Source: a virus. Taken from it: DNA of 40,629 bases. Location: IMG/VR virus record IMGVR_UViG_3300039008_000041, positions 1 through 40,629 of that record; one strand, given 5' to 3'. Each line of letters starts with the position of its first letter. Position 1 is the stretch's first letter. Shown here one piece after another: positions 26,112-33,735 of the stretch. The position numbers were made by a program, and so were the translations under genes. A model generated the notes under the pieces. The model was not told the DNA's origin. It searched no databases and worked only from the letters and a program-made list of their open reading frames with translations.

Positions 26112-26140
26112 ATGCTATCATAAAAAATAAAACTTTACAA
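26112..26140 (-). promoter_or_regulatory. Candidate promoter for the head-to-lysis operon
   Basis: Minus strand: TTGTAA (26135-26140), 17-nt spacer, TAGCAT (26112-26117). It has the same TTGTAA -35 as the promoter at 35034-35039. Confidence 0.4.
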
Positions 26141-26143
26141 TAG

Positions 26144-26167
26144 AAAAAAGCCCGCTATCTACAGGCT
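26144..26167 (-). terminator. Intrinsic terminator closing the accessory cassette (minus strand)
   Basis: Minus strand: AGCCTG-tagatag-CGGGCT followed by TTTTTT. The G-U pair exists only in the minus-strand RNA. Confidence 0.65.
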
Positions 26168-26299
26168 CTTCGTTATTGTGCTATCTAGGCGCTCCGGTCA
26201 TTTTCAAAAACTCGAAGTGCAACTCCTCACTTAAAAGCAAGACTTCGCGCTGATGATGTTCGACCATGCCATAGTCCACCATTCTATACTATAACGAAG
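26168..26299 (-). ncRNA. GC-enriched structured RNA segment (3' region of the cassette transcript or an independent ncRNA)
   Basis: A 9-bp long-range stem CUUCGUUAU (26291-26299) / AUAACGAAG (26168-26176) encloses about 114 nt. An inner 6-bp stem pairs 26242-26247 with 26213-26218. By hand count 26161-26280 is about 47 percent GC, well above what the flanking sequence looks like by eye (not counted). A terminator follows immediately. Confidence 0.35.
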
Positions 26300-26320
26300 T
26301 TTATTTATTTTCTGTTTCAT
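26231..26320 (-). CDS. 29-aa Trp-rich peptide translationally coupled to the upstream gene (not in the ORF track)
   Basis: ATGA start/stop overlap with the 26317-26511 gene. Translates as MKQKINKLRYSIEWWTMAWSNIISAKSCF. It overlaps the structured segment. Confidence 0.35.
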   Translation of the reverse strand: MKQKINKLRYSIEWWTMAWSNIISAKSCF

Positions 26321-26511
26321 AATAACCTCTGTTTTTTAATCTGTAGTTTAAGCTTATTTTCCATACGTTGTATATCTAATTGCATATCATATAAATCGCC
26401 TAGCGTTATTTCAGCAACTGGGTTTTTTATAATAGACTGCATTAGTTTACGTTTTCGTTGGATTGTATCCCGCAGGTGTATCAACGGGATTAAATCGATT
26501 ATATTAGCCAT
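26317..26511 (-). CDS. Hypothetical helical protein (64 aa)
   Basis: Strong RBS AAGGAG 6 nt upstream. No motif recognised. Confidence 0.6.
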   Translation of the reverse strand: MANIIDLIPLIHLRDTIQRKRKLMQSIIKNPVAEITLGDLYDMQLDIQRMENKLKLQIKKQRLL

Positions 26512-26892
26512 AACTGACTCCTTAAAAGTAATTTGCCAAGGTATTTAGTGGCGACTATTTTTTAGTCATAATAAGTGCTAGTTTTCCCCGCGCAGTAGCA
26601 CTAGCAAACTATCACTGCTTTTCGCTTTCGTGAGTGGGTGGATTTTAAAGAGTTTACTCTCTTGTTTTTTATTTGCCCTTGTCTCTCATATATTCGTTAT
26701 CGTATGTTTCATAAAATAGTTTTTCGTCCTCTCTAAAGTCTATAAATATAAATAGTATTGATATTAAAGCACATACTAGTAATAAAATTTTTTACCTTTA
26801 TATTTTAATTTTATTAATTCTATACAAAAGCTTTTAAACTTTCCATAAATATCTTGTTGAGAAAAAGGGCAATATACTATTTTATCATTGCA
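26512..26892 (-). other. ORF-poor 380-nt intergenic segment with hairpins (long leader or ncRNA)
   Basis: No ORF with a canonical start longer than 8 codons. 7-bp hairpin AGUGCUA / UAGCACU around 26573-26601 and a 5-bp hairpin GACUA-aaaaa-UAGUC around 26551-26565. By hand count 26541-26640 is about 43 percent GC. Confidence 0.4.
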
Positions 26893-27321
26893 TTAATTAA
26901 TAGATCTTTGTAACCCATCAAAATTTAATTCCTCTATTTTTTTATATTGTTCTGCTATTTCTATTAGTCTTTTTATTGTATTAAAATCATTTTCATTATA
27001 GTTTGTATAAATAGTTTGTTTACCATTATTATTACCGTTACTAGATTGAAATAATATAAAGTTTTCCAAATCCCAAAAATCATCTCCGTATTCATTAGGA
27101 TCATCAAAACTAACATGGATAGCAAATCCTCCCTTTAATTCTTCTACTTCCCCTACATAGTAAGGTAAATTTATTTCTTGTATTTTTTGTTTTAACCATT
27201 CTTGTTTTGTTTGTTTAGGTAAGCAGTCATTACAATATAAAACATCATTTACAACCTTAATATTGCTAACTTCTTTACCACATTTAGAACATGGGTTATA
27301 TGTGTGTATTTGTTTAGTCAT
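26893..27321 (-). CDS. Zinc-ribbon protein, unknown function
   Basis: N-terminal CSKCG...CNDC, followed by an acidic/Asn-rich domain. Confidence 0.6.
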   Translation of the reverse strand: MTKQIHTYNPCSKCGKEVSNIKVVNDVLYCNDCLPKQTKQEWLKQKIQEINLPYYVGEVEELKGGFAIHVSFDDPNEYGDDFWDLENFILFQSSNGNNNGKQTIYTNYNENDFNTIKRLIEIAEQYKKIEELNFDGLQRSIN

Positions 27322-27583
27322 CGTCTTGCCCTTTCATTGCTACCAACTCATCAAAAAACTCATAAAACATTTTCCTATAGTTGTCTTGTGTATTATGGTT
27401 ATTGTTACTGTGCATTATTCTTATATCAATATAATCAAGCCATAACTGAATTGATGCGTGATATTCATTTTTTACAGTTAATATTAAAAAACCTTTGTTA
27501 ATATTTGACTGTGGTTTATATCCGTATTTTTTACAATGCGAACGCCACAGCCTCCTTATTCTTTCAGTGTTTTTAACTAGCAT
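27314..27583 (-). CDS. Hypothetical protein, paralogue of the 27573-27860 product
   Basis: Shares the W..HCK.YGY N-terminal block and the FYE...acidic tail with its neighbour. Confidence 0.6.
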   Translation of the reverse strand: MLVKNTERIRRLWRSHCKKYGYKPQSNINKGFLILTVKNEYHASIQLWLDYIDIRIMHSNNNHNTQDNYRKMFYEFFDELVAMKGQDDD

Positions 27584-27860
27584 CGCCTTGCTCTTTCATT
27601 AGTTTTTCGTAGAAGTCTAACACAAGTCTATTAGCTCCATCCTCCCAAGGTGCAATATGTAGAGTAAGAATATCACACGTATTATCTTCTACTAGTATAT
27701 AAGTGTCTGAAATGCACATATGAGTATCTTTAAACTGCAATTTTGTACAATCAGGATTGACTATCGATGCTCCGCAGTAATTAATACAATAGTTATCAAA
27801 ATTATACCCATACTCCTTGCAATGAGCCTCCCAATCTTTTTTGATTTGCTCTATATTCAT
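27573..27860 (-). CDS. Hypothetical Cys-rich protein, paralogue of the 27314-27583 product
   Basis: IEQIKKDWEAHCKEYGYNF aligns with TERIRRLWRSHCKKYGYKP in the neighbour. Confidence 0.6.
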   Translation of the reverse strand: MNIEQIKKDWEAHCKEYGYNFDNYCINYCGASIVNPDCTKLQFKDTHMCISDTYILVEDNTCDILTLHIAPWEDGANRLVLDFYEKLMKEQGDAS

Positions 27861-27872
27861 TATTCTATCTCC

Positions 27873-27998
27873 TTACTTAAAATTATCATTTGAAATTATA
27901 CCAGGGTATGCTCTCTGCTCCCACATCTTCGATAAATACGCTTTTTGCTGGTTAGTAAGCCAGAACTCGCATTGCCATATTAGCCATTGATTAAACAT
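27873..27998 (-). CDS. 41-aa Trp-rich peptide, first ORF of the cassette (not in the ORF track)
   Basis: Translates as MFNQWLIWQCEFWLTNQQKAYLSKMWEQRAYPGIISNDNFK. RBS GAGGAG lies within the conserved leader. Confidence 0.45.
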   Translation of the reverse strand: MFNQWLIWQCEFWLTNQQKAYLSKMWEQRAYPGIISNDNFK

Positions 27999-28010
27999 TT
28001 TTGATTTTCT

Positions 28011-28062
28011 CCTCTATTTGTTAACCTATATATAGTGTAAACCTTTTTTTACTAAAAGTAAA
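28011..28062 (-). promoter_or_regulatory. Phage promoter plus conserved leader, copy C (minus strand)
   Basis: Minus strand: TTTACT (28057-28062), 17-nt spacer, TACACT (28034-28039), 6 nt, then AGGTTAACAAATAGAGG (28011-28027). Confidence 0.6.
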
Positions 28063-28072
28063 GAACTAAATT

Positions 28073-28100
28073 AAAAAAAGAGCAGTTTTTTTACTGCCCT
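28073..28100 (-). terminator. Intrinsic terminator ending the terminase-portal operon (minus strand)
   Basis: Minus strand: AGGGCAGT-aaaaaa-ACTGCTCT followed by TTTTTTT. The single non-Watson-Crick position is G-U only on the minus-strand RNA. Confidence 0.65.
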
Positions 28101-28106
28101 TGTTTA

Positions 28107-28628
28107 TTATCCAAATCTTTTTAATACTTTAATATATATATCTACTAAAAAACCAGTTGCCTCATCTGTAGCTATTCCTAAAAATTCAGCAGGATTGTTT
28201 TTTATGTCTTCCGATCCAATAAATAAACTATTGTATCTTGAAACTATAGAAGTTCCTGCAATAAACCTATTACCACTAGCAAATGGCAGAGTAAATTCAC
28301 TTGGCGAGCCTAACCCAGCCGTAAGTGAAACTGCAAAGCTATCGTTTAAAGTAGTTGTTGTCAATGAGCCGTCTAATCTGATATCTACCATGTCGCCAAC
28401 CGCTAGTGTAGAAAAGTCTAACTGGCTGTTTGTGCTATCCCATAAACCACTAACTCCAAGTGGCAGATACGTTTCTTCTTCTGAACCACCTGCTGTTGTT
28501 AGTGTTAGCTTAGTAGGTACACCTGCTGGCAATGTAATTGGCGTTGTATCTCCGTTTACATAATTACCCCAACCAATGCGACATGCATCAGCTGGTAGTT
28601 CTCCATATCGTCTTAAAATAATTCCCAT
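28107..28628 (-). CDS. Beta-rich protein of unknown function (173 aa)
   Basis: Thr/Ser/Gly-rich with alternating hydrophobic pattern. Last gene before the terminator. Confidence 0.6.
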   Translation of the reverse strand: MGIILRRYGELPADACRIGWGNYVNGDTTPITLPAGVPTKLTLTTAGGSEEETYLPLGVSGLWDSTNSQLDFSTLAVGDMVDIRLDGSLTTTTLNDSFAVSLTAGLGSPSEFTLPFASGNRFIAGTSIVSRYNSLFIGSEDIKNNPAEFLGIATDEATGFLVDIYIKVLKRFG

Positions 28629-28639
28629 AATATTACTCC

Positions 28640-29128
28640 TTATTCATCGTGGGATGATATCAATCCACCTAATAACCTAAACTGGAAATACGCCTGTGAG
28701 CTATCCTTTGGAAATACTATTACCTCAAAAGTGTAAGCCCAGCTGGTTGTTGTGCCTGCATCATAACCAATAGCAATTTTATAAGTATGCATATCATCAA
28801 AGTTATTACTAGTAAAACCAAGGTTAGTGGTGTAACCTGATTCAGCACCAGATGTACGCATACTTCCATTAAGGTGTGTTATATTACCTGAACTTTGTGT
28901 GGTTTCAGTGATATGGTATATCTGTGCTCTAGATGTTGTGCCTACTCCAATCTGGAAGAACTTACCAGAACTTTCAGTATTTCTAGAATATATATCAAAT
29001 CTAACTGTTGTATCGGGTAAATCAAATCTAATATTTTCAACTGGTGTTGTAACATCTTCATCTTCTGTTGCCACGACTACCATTTTAGACCAGTTAGCAT
29101 CGAATGCTGGTTTTGCTGTAAATCCCAT
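28640..29128 (-). CDS. Beta-rich protein of unknown function (162 aa)
   Basis: Thr/Ser/Gly-rich. One-nucleotide TAATG overlap with the upstream gene. Confidence 0.6.
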   Translation of the reverse strand: MGFTAKPAFDANWSKMVVVATEDEDVTTPVENIRFDLPDTTVRFDIYSRNTESSGKFFQIGVGTTSRAQIYHITETTQSSGNITHLNGSMRTSGAESGYTTNLGFTSNNFDDMHTYKIAIGYDAGTTTSWAYTFEVIVFPKDSSQAYFQFRLLGGLISSHDE

Positions 29129-30048
29129 TATACTTTATCTCCTGTACCATTTAATATATTGATATATCTCCATTCACTACCATCGTAGTAGAACTTGAAT
29201 ATATCGCCCTTATTAACTAAGTTGGCGACGCCTTGGCTATTACTATTAAAGTTAATTCTAGCTCTGTTACTAGCACTAAACTGATCATGACTATCATACA
29301 CTGTAAAGCTATCTGTAAAGCCATCTGGAACTGTTAGCAAGATATCTCCCGATGTAGTATCAACCATGTAATCAACACCAACCTTAAGAGTAATGTCTGA
29401 ATTAACCGTCAGTACGCCTTGAATTAAGTCAATATGTGTAGCTGGTAAGTAAATAGCCTTTGTAGTAGGCACATTAGTAGCAGCAGTACCAGCTAATGTA
29501 ATACCTGAAAACTCTACGTACATTGTCATACCTGCATGCAAGGTTAATGCGTTAGGTAGAGGTAATGTAGCAACACCACTAACAATATCTTCACTCTTAA
29601 TATCGTAAGTAGCTACAGATATTTTAGCATTTGTATTATCAGTACCTAAGTAAGCATTTACGTTTAGTTTACCAGTTTCTAATGGTGCCACCTTTATACC
29701 AGTGATAACACTATTTAATGTAGTTGTGTATGTAACTACACCGTTCTCTAGAGGTTCATGTGCTAATGCACCAATTGAAATCTCCTGTTCCCCATCAAGC
29801 ATAAATACATGAGGGTTACCTTTTGTACCTGTACTAGAATCAAATGCATAAGCCATGACTAAAGTTTCAGTACCATCAGGTAAGTTTAAGTCTAAAGTAT
29901 TTACACCATTAGATAAACTCATACCTCCAAGCCATATTGTACTTGGGTCAAAAACAGTTTCTTTAGTTGCTTCTAGCCTATCTGTGTCAGGATTATATTT
30001 TATATATTTATCTAACTGGCTACCACCTTTTTTGTTAATTGTTCCCAT
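29128..30048 (-). CDS. Beta-rich protein of unknown function (306 aa), fibre- or adhesin-like composition
   Basis: No motif recognised. Composition resembles receptor-binding or decoration proteins. Confidence 0.6.
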   Translation of the reverse strand: MGTINKKGGSQLDKYIKYNPDTDRLEATKETVFDPSTIWLGGMSLSNGVNTLDLNLPDGTETLVMAYAFDSSTGTKGNPHVFMLDGEQEISIGALAHEPLENGVVTYTTTLNSVITGIKVAPLETGKLNVNAYLGTDNTNAKISVATYDIKSEDIVSGVATLPLPNALTLHAGMTMYVEFSGITLAGTAATNVPTTKAIYLPATHIDLIQGVLTVNSDITLKVGVDYMVDTTSGDILLTVPDGFTDSFTVYDSHDQFSASNRARINFNSNSQGVANLVNKGDIFKFYYDGSEWRYINILNGTGDKV

Positions 30049-30059
30049 GGTATTACCTC

Positions 30060-30377
30060 CTATGAAATAGAACCAAGGTCTTCAACCTCTATGCCAGATG
30101 TTATAACCTCACTCAATGTAGCCTGGCTTTCTAAAATTACGATGTAGCTCGGTATTCTTTCGAAAGTTCCTCCGTCGATATTAGAATCTCCCTCTAGCAC
30201 TCTTAAATCTGACAAATCTGTAGGCTGAGATAGTCCGTTGTATGAATAAATATCAAACGTCCCAGTTTTCGCTGATATATTTGGTGTTAACTGTTCCGAA
30301 CCAGAAGTTCCTCCTAGCCTTTTAACCTTATAAAGATTGCCTATTGTTATCTGTCTTTTATATGAATCTAAACTCAT
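30060..30377 (-). CDS. Hypothetical protein (105 aa from the preferred start)
   Basis: The start at 30377 (MSLDSYKRQ...) lies 22 nt after the portal stop and has an upstream aaaggg. The track start at 30407 would overlap the portal gene. Confidence 0.55.
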   Translation of the reverse strand: MSLDSYKRQITIGNLYKVKRLGGTSGSEQLTPNISAKTGTFDIYSYNGLSQPTDLSDLRVLEGDSNIDGGTFERIPSYIVILESQATLSEVITSGIEVEDLGSIS

Positions 30378-30399
30378 TTTTTTACCCTTTCGTTTGGGT

Positions 30400-31704
30400 T
30401 TATACATCTACCTTGCATGGCAATAAATCGCCACGGTTTACGTTTTCTTTTGCCTCTTCTGGGCTGATGATACCTAATTCTACTGCCTGTATGATTCTAT
30501 TCATCTGTGCATTTTTGATGTTTTCTTCCTGCTCTGCTGTTAGCACTCTTAGTGATGGGAACATAACCTCTAAATCATCCGGGATAAAACCGAATAGTTT
30601 TTGGCAAACTACTTTTAATGTTTCGCGAACCATGCGTTCTGCTCTTCCTACAACTTCTGACCTTACTTGCATATTGTAATTCTCTATATCGTCTTCGCCT
30701 GCGTTAAAGCCTGATGCTGATAAACCGAATAGCTTTGTCATCGGTCTACGTAGGTCTGCTGATACTCCGATGCGTGATTGACCTAGCATATCGCCTAAAC
30801 CTGTAAAATCTACTTGCTTTTGCTCGTATTCGTCCTCTGTGTCCATAACTAAAGCGTTAAGATGGTTTTTAATCATGTTAGAAAGCTCTACGCGGTTTGT
30901 TAGCTTGTCGCCACTACTCTGACCGTTTGTTTGTGCGTTTTTAAGAAGTCCTAATGCTGTGTTAAAGCCTTTGATTTTATAAATATCAATCTTAGCCTCG
31001 TCAACTAAATCAAAAATAACGTTGTTGTTTTTTAGATACTGATTTACTGAGCGAACTACTCTTTCAAGCTCTGACATTCCCCATCCCCTCATCTCACGTC
31101 TACGCCATGATGGTGCTTTTTTGTTTACGAATTTAATAACACGGCTTTTGTGCAATGGTTGATTGTATAGGATGTATGGAACGTCCGGGGTTGTTAGCTC
31201 CTGCTCTGCTTGGTTAAAGTGGTAGTACTGCATGTTAAGCTCCCATAAATCAGCCGCGTAGAAGTCTAATTGCGTTTTATCGTTAATCTGATTTAAGTTT
31301 AATGGAGTTTTAGGGTTTTGGTTTGTTTGAATAACTAAGCCACCGCCACCGTACAGTCTACCCCAAATGCAGGTCTCTTGTATCTTATCGTTAACTTCTT
31401 CATCTGCCATGTAGTTTTCTAGCATTGTAAGCTGGTCGTCGTCTAGCAGGTCTGTTTTGATTTCGTAACCTTTAGAGAATGCATCAAGCACAGGCTGTTC
31501 GATTAAAGCCTGCACGATTCCGTGTTCTATGTATAACTCTGATAAAAGTTGCCTATTCCAAAATAAAAGCTGATACCTGTTGTTTTTCGTGAATGTACCA
31601 AGCTTGTTAAGCTGTGGAATGTTGCCTATATTAGTCGCAAATGCCTCTAGTGAGTTATCAATAGGAGTTAGCTGCTTGCTGTTACTATTTTCTTTTTTTA
31701 CCAT
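30400..31704 (-). CDS. Portal protein (DUF1073-type)
   Basis: 434 aa, directly downstream of the large terminase. Overall pattern typical of DUF1073 portals. Confidence 0.75.
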   Translation of the reverse strand: MVKKENSNSKQLTPIDNSLEAFATNIGNIPQLNKLGTFTKNNRYQLLFWNRQLLSELYIEHGIVQALIEQPVLDAFSKGYEIKTDLLDDDQLTMLENYMADEEVNDKIQETCIWGRLYGGGGLVIQTNQNPKTPLNLNQINDKTQLDFYAADLWELNMQYYHFNQAEQELTTPDVPYILYNQPLHKSRVIKFVNKKAPSWRRREMRGWGMSELERVVRSVNQYLKNNNVIFDLVDEAKIDIYKIKGFNTALGLLKNAQTNGQSSGDKLTNRVELSNMIKNHLNALVMDTEDEYEQKQVDFTGLGDMLGQSRIGVSADLRRPMTKLFGLSASGFNAGEDDIENYNMQVRSEVVGRAERMVRETLKVVCQKLFGFIPDDLEVMFPSLRVLTAEQEENIKNAQMNRIIQAVELGIISPEEAKENVNRGDLLPCKVDV

Positions 31705-31743
31705 GTTGATTAGTTCCTTTTAGTATATACTATAATTAGTGTA

Positions 31744-33033
31744 TCATAAAACATCCAAAATTGAAAAGTCTTTTTTGATATAATCTTGTAATGCATATCT
31801 TAACGCATCGATGTGGTGGTCGTAACCTGCCTTATCATCAATAACTGGTAGCACTTTCGGGTTGCCGTCTTCGTCTAGTATGTTTTTATCAACCTTATAG
31901 CTGTAATGCTTGAATTCGTTTATAATTCCTTTACATCTCGGGTGGACGTATATCATGTTAAAACCGCGCAAGTATTCGATACCGTCTTTAATTGAGCCGT
32001 CCCACTTCTGACTTCCTATAATGTTAAAGCCTTGACGTGACACGTAACTAATTGTTTCAGGTCTTGCGCAATCTGCTACTATTTCCCACTCTCTCGAGCC
32101 CTCTATGTTATCGAATAGTTCTGGGATTTCTTCAAATTCCACGCCTGTTCCTGCCACTTCTTGGTCGATGTATAAATTATTATCTCGAATAAAGCAACGC
32201 ACCATTGTTGTCGGGTCTTTTGCAAATCCCCAGTCCACACCATAGAATAGTCTACTTTGGTATACATCGTTAAGATCTGGAGTTTCGAAATCCAGCTCTT
32301 CCCAACATCCGTGGAATATAACTTTTTGGTTCATTCCTGTTGCTATACCTAGATATTGGTTATTGTATAACTCTGGCTTGTTTTTTTTAGCCTCTTCTGC
32401 TTTCATTAAAAAACTCTCCCCCAGCCAGTCTTTTGGAACTGTTAGGTATGTGGAGTGGTGTGTATATCTGTAGTGCGGGTCTTCTTCCACTTCTTCGTTT
32501 ACCCATGCTGTAGATTCCTTTGGCGGGTTGTAACTCATGAAAGTAACAAATGGCTCGTTTGTACCACGCTCTAGTGATTGTTGAACTGACATGATTTCTG
32601 CGATGCCGTTAAACTCTGTTATTTCTTCGAACCAAATATATTTAGGATAGCCTACTACGAACTTCATACCTTTTACTTTTTCCGGGTCATCTAGTCCTCT
32701 GAATTTAATTTCTTGCCCTGTTGGTAAGTATGTTATTTTCATTGGGCTTACGCTAATCTTGAAATATCTGCCCCAGCCTAGCTCATTAATAGCCCATTGC
32801 ATTTGGTTATAAACTGTATCACGCAAGTTCTTTTCTGCTTTTCTTAGAATAACCGCGTTTGCTTTTGGGTCGTTTACTATTCCTAGTATTATCTCTAAAC
32901 TAATAAATGATGATTTTGTTGAACCCCTGCCTCCGCTTAGCCAATACTCAGCATAGCCATTATTCTTTAATAGCTTGTGTGCCTCGTGAAAGTGTGGCGC
33001 TATTTTTCTAGTTAGTTTAATTCTGTTACTCAT
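31744..33033 (-). CDS. Terminase large subunit (PBSX/Terminase_3-like)
   Basis: Walker A WLSGGRGSTKSS, Walker B-like IWFEE, and a C-terminal nuclease region with DHHIDALRYAL. Confidence 0.85.
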   Translation of the reverse strand: MSNRIKLTRKIAPHFHEAHKLLKNNGYAEYWLSGGRGSTKSSFISLEIILGIVNDPKANAVILRKAEKNLRDTVYNQMQWAINELGWGRYFKISVSPMKITYLPTGQEIKFRGLDDPEKVKGMKFVVGYPKYIWFEEITEFNGIAEIMSVQQSLERGTNEPFVTFMSYNPPKESTAWVNEEVEEDPHYRYTHHSTYLTVPKDWLGESFLMKAEEAKKNKPELYNNQYLGIATGMNQKVIFHGCWEELDFETPDLNDVYQSRLFYGVDWGFAKDPTTMVRCFIRDNNLYIDQEVAGTGVEFEEIPELFDNIEGSREWEIVADCARPETISYVSRQGFNIIGSQKWDGSIKDGIEYLRGFNMIYVHPRCKGIINEFKHYSYKVDKNILDEDGNPKVLPVIDDKAGYDHHIDALRYALQDYIKKDFSILDVL

Positions 33034-33395
33034 TAATCAATATCATCTACTACTACTGGTCTTTCACTGTCATAATGGTCTTGCTCTACCCTTGTAGAAA
33101 ACTCTGCTTTTTTCTTGCGCTCTAGATACCATTTTGCGGTTTCTTTGTCGTTTTTATTTAGGTGCTCTGCAACCACTGTTCTAGCTTTTAAAACTAATTT
33201 ATCTTTTAGCATTTCTTTGCGGTCAATAAATTCAGGATTATCTTTTTGGTAAGTATAAAGAGTTTGCTTGCTTATTCCTGCATGAAGACATGCCTCAAGG
33301 TCTGAGCAACCCAAAGAAAAAGCTTGTTCTAAGGCTTTTATTGTATCAATTGTCATTACTGTCGGTCTGCCTACTGTATTACTTGACTCTGCCAT
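33033..33395 (-). CDS. Terminase small subunit (HTH type)
   Basis: GRPTVMTIDTIKALEQAFSLGCSDLEACLHAGISKQTLYTY...AKWYLERK is typical of this small-terminase class. ATGA coupling to the large subunit. Confidence 0.7.
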   Translation of the reverse strand: MAESSNTVGRPTVMTIDTIKALEQAFSLGCSDLEACLHAGISKQTLYTYQKDNPEFIDRKEMLKDKLVLKARTVVAEHLNKNDKETAKWYLERKKKAEFSTRVEQDHYDSERPVVVDDID

Positions 33396-33734
33396 TTATA
33401 AAATCTCCCTTTTAAAATCTTCTATAAACCTCATTTCCCAGCGCCTTACTGTTCTTCTGCAAACTCCCCTCTCTCTTGCTATTTGAGTTTTAGATCTGAA
33501 TGATAGAACTTCCTTGATTGCTTGGGTTGGGTATCTTTTAGTTTCTGTTGCTAGAATGTATAAAAACTTATCGTTTATCTTGCTATGCTCTTCTACGGTA
33601 AAGTTATTGTTTAATACCATTTGCCCTTGGTGTATTACTGCGAATTGGTAATCTGTTTTTATTACGCCTTTCATTCCCTTTGTGCAAAGTCTTTTTGCCA
33701 AAGAAAGCAATTCCCCGTCTGTTATATTTTTCAT
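33396..33734 (-). CDS. HTH-domain protein, possible transcription or packaging accessory factor
   Basis: The C-terminal SKTQIARERGVCRRTVRRWEMRF resembles a sigma region-4-like HTH. Confidence 0.35.
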   Translation of the reverse strand: MKNITDGELLSLAKRLCTKGMKGVIKTDYQFAVIHQGQMVLNNNFTVEEHSKINDKFLYILATETKRYPTQAIKEVLSFRSKTQIARERGVCRRTVRRWEMRFIEDFKREIL

Positions 33735-33735
33735 T

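Noticed and set aside
26259-26281. TTCGACC ... TCCACCA on the plus strand resembling a tRNA/tmRNA T-loop plus a CCA 3' end (possible attP core)
   Set aside because: The flanking bases do not form a T-stem or an acceptor stem, and no integrase is present. Checking against host tRNA/tmRNA genes would settle it.
26669-26791. Open frame encoding a membrane-peptide-like sequence ILLLVCALISILFIFIDFREDEKLFYETYDNEYMRDKGK on the minus strand
   Set aside because: No ATG, GTG or TTG start is available. Only an ATT lies after an AAAGG. It is kept as a note under the ORF-poor-segment finding rather than called as a gene.
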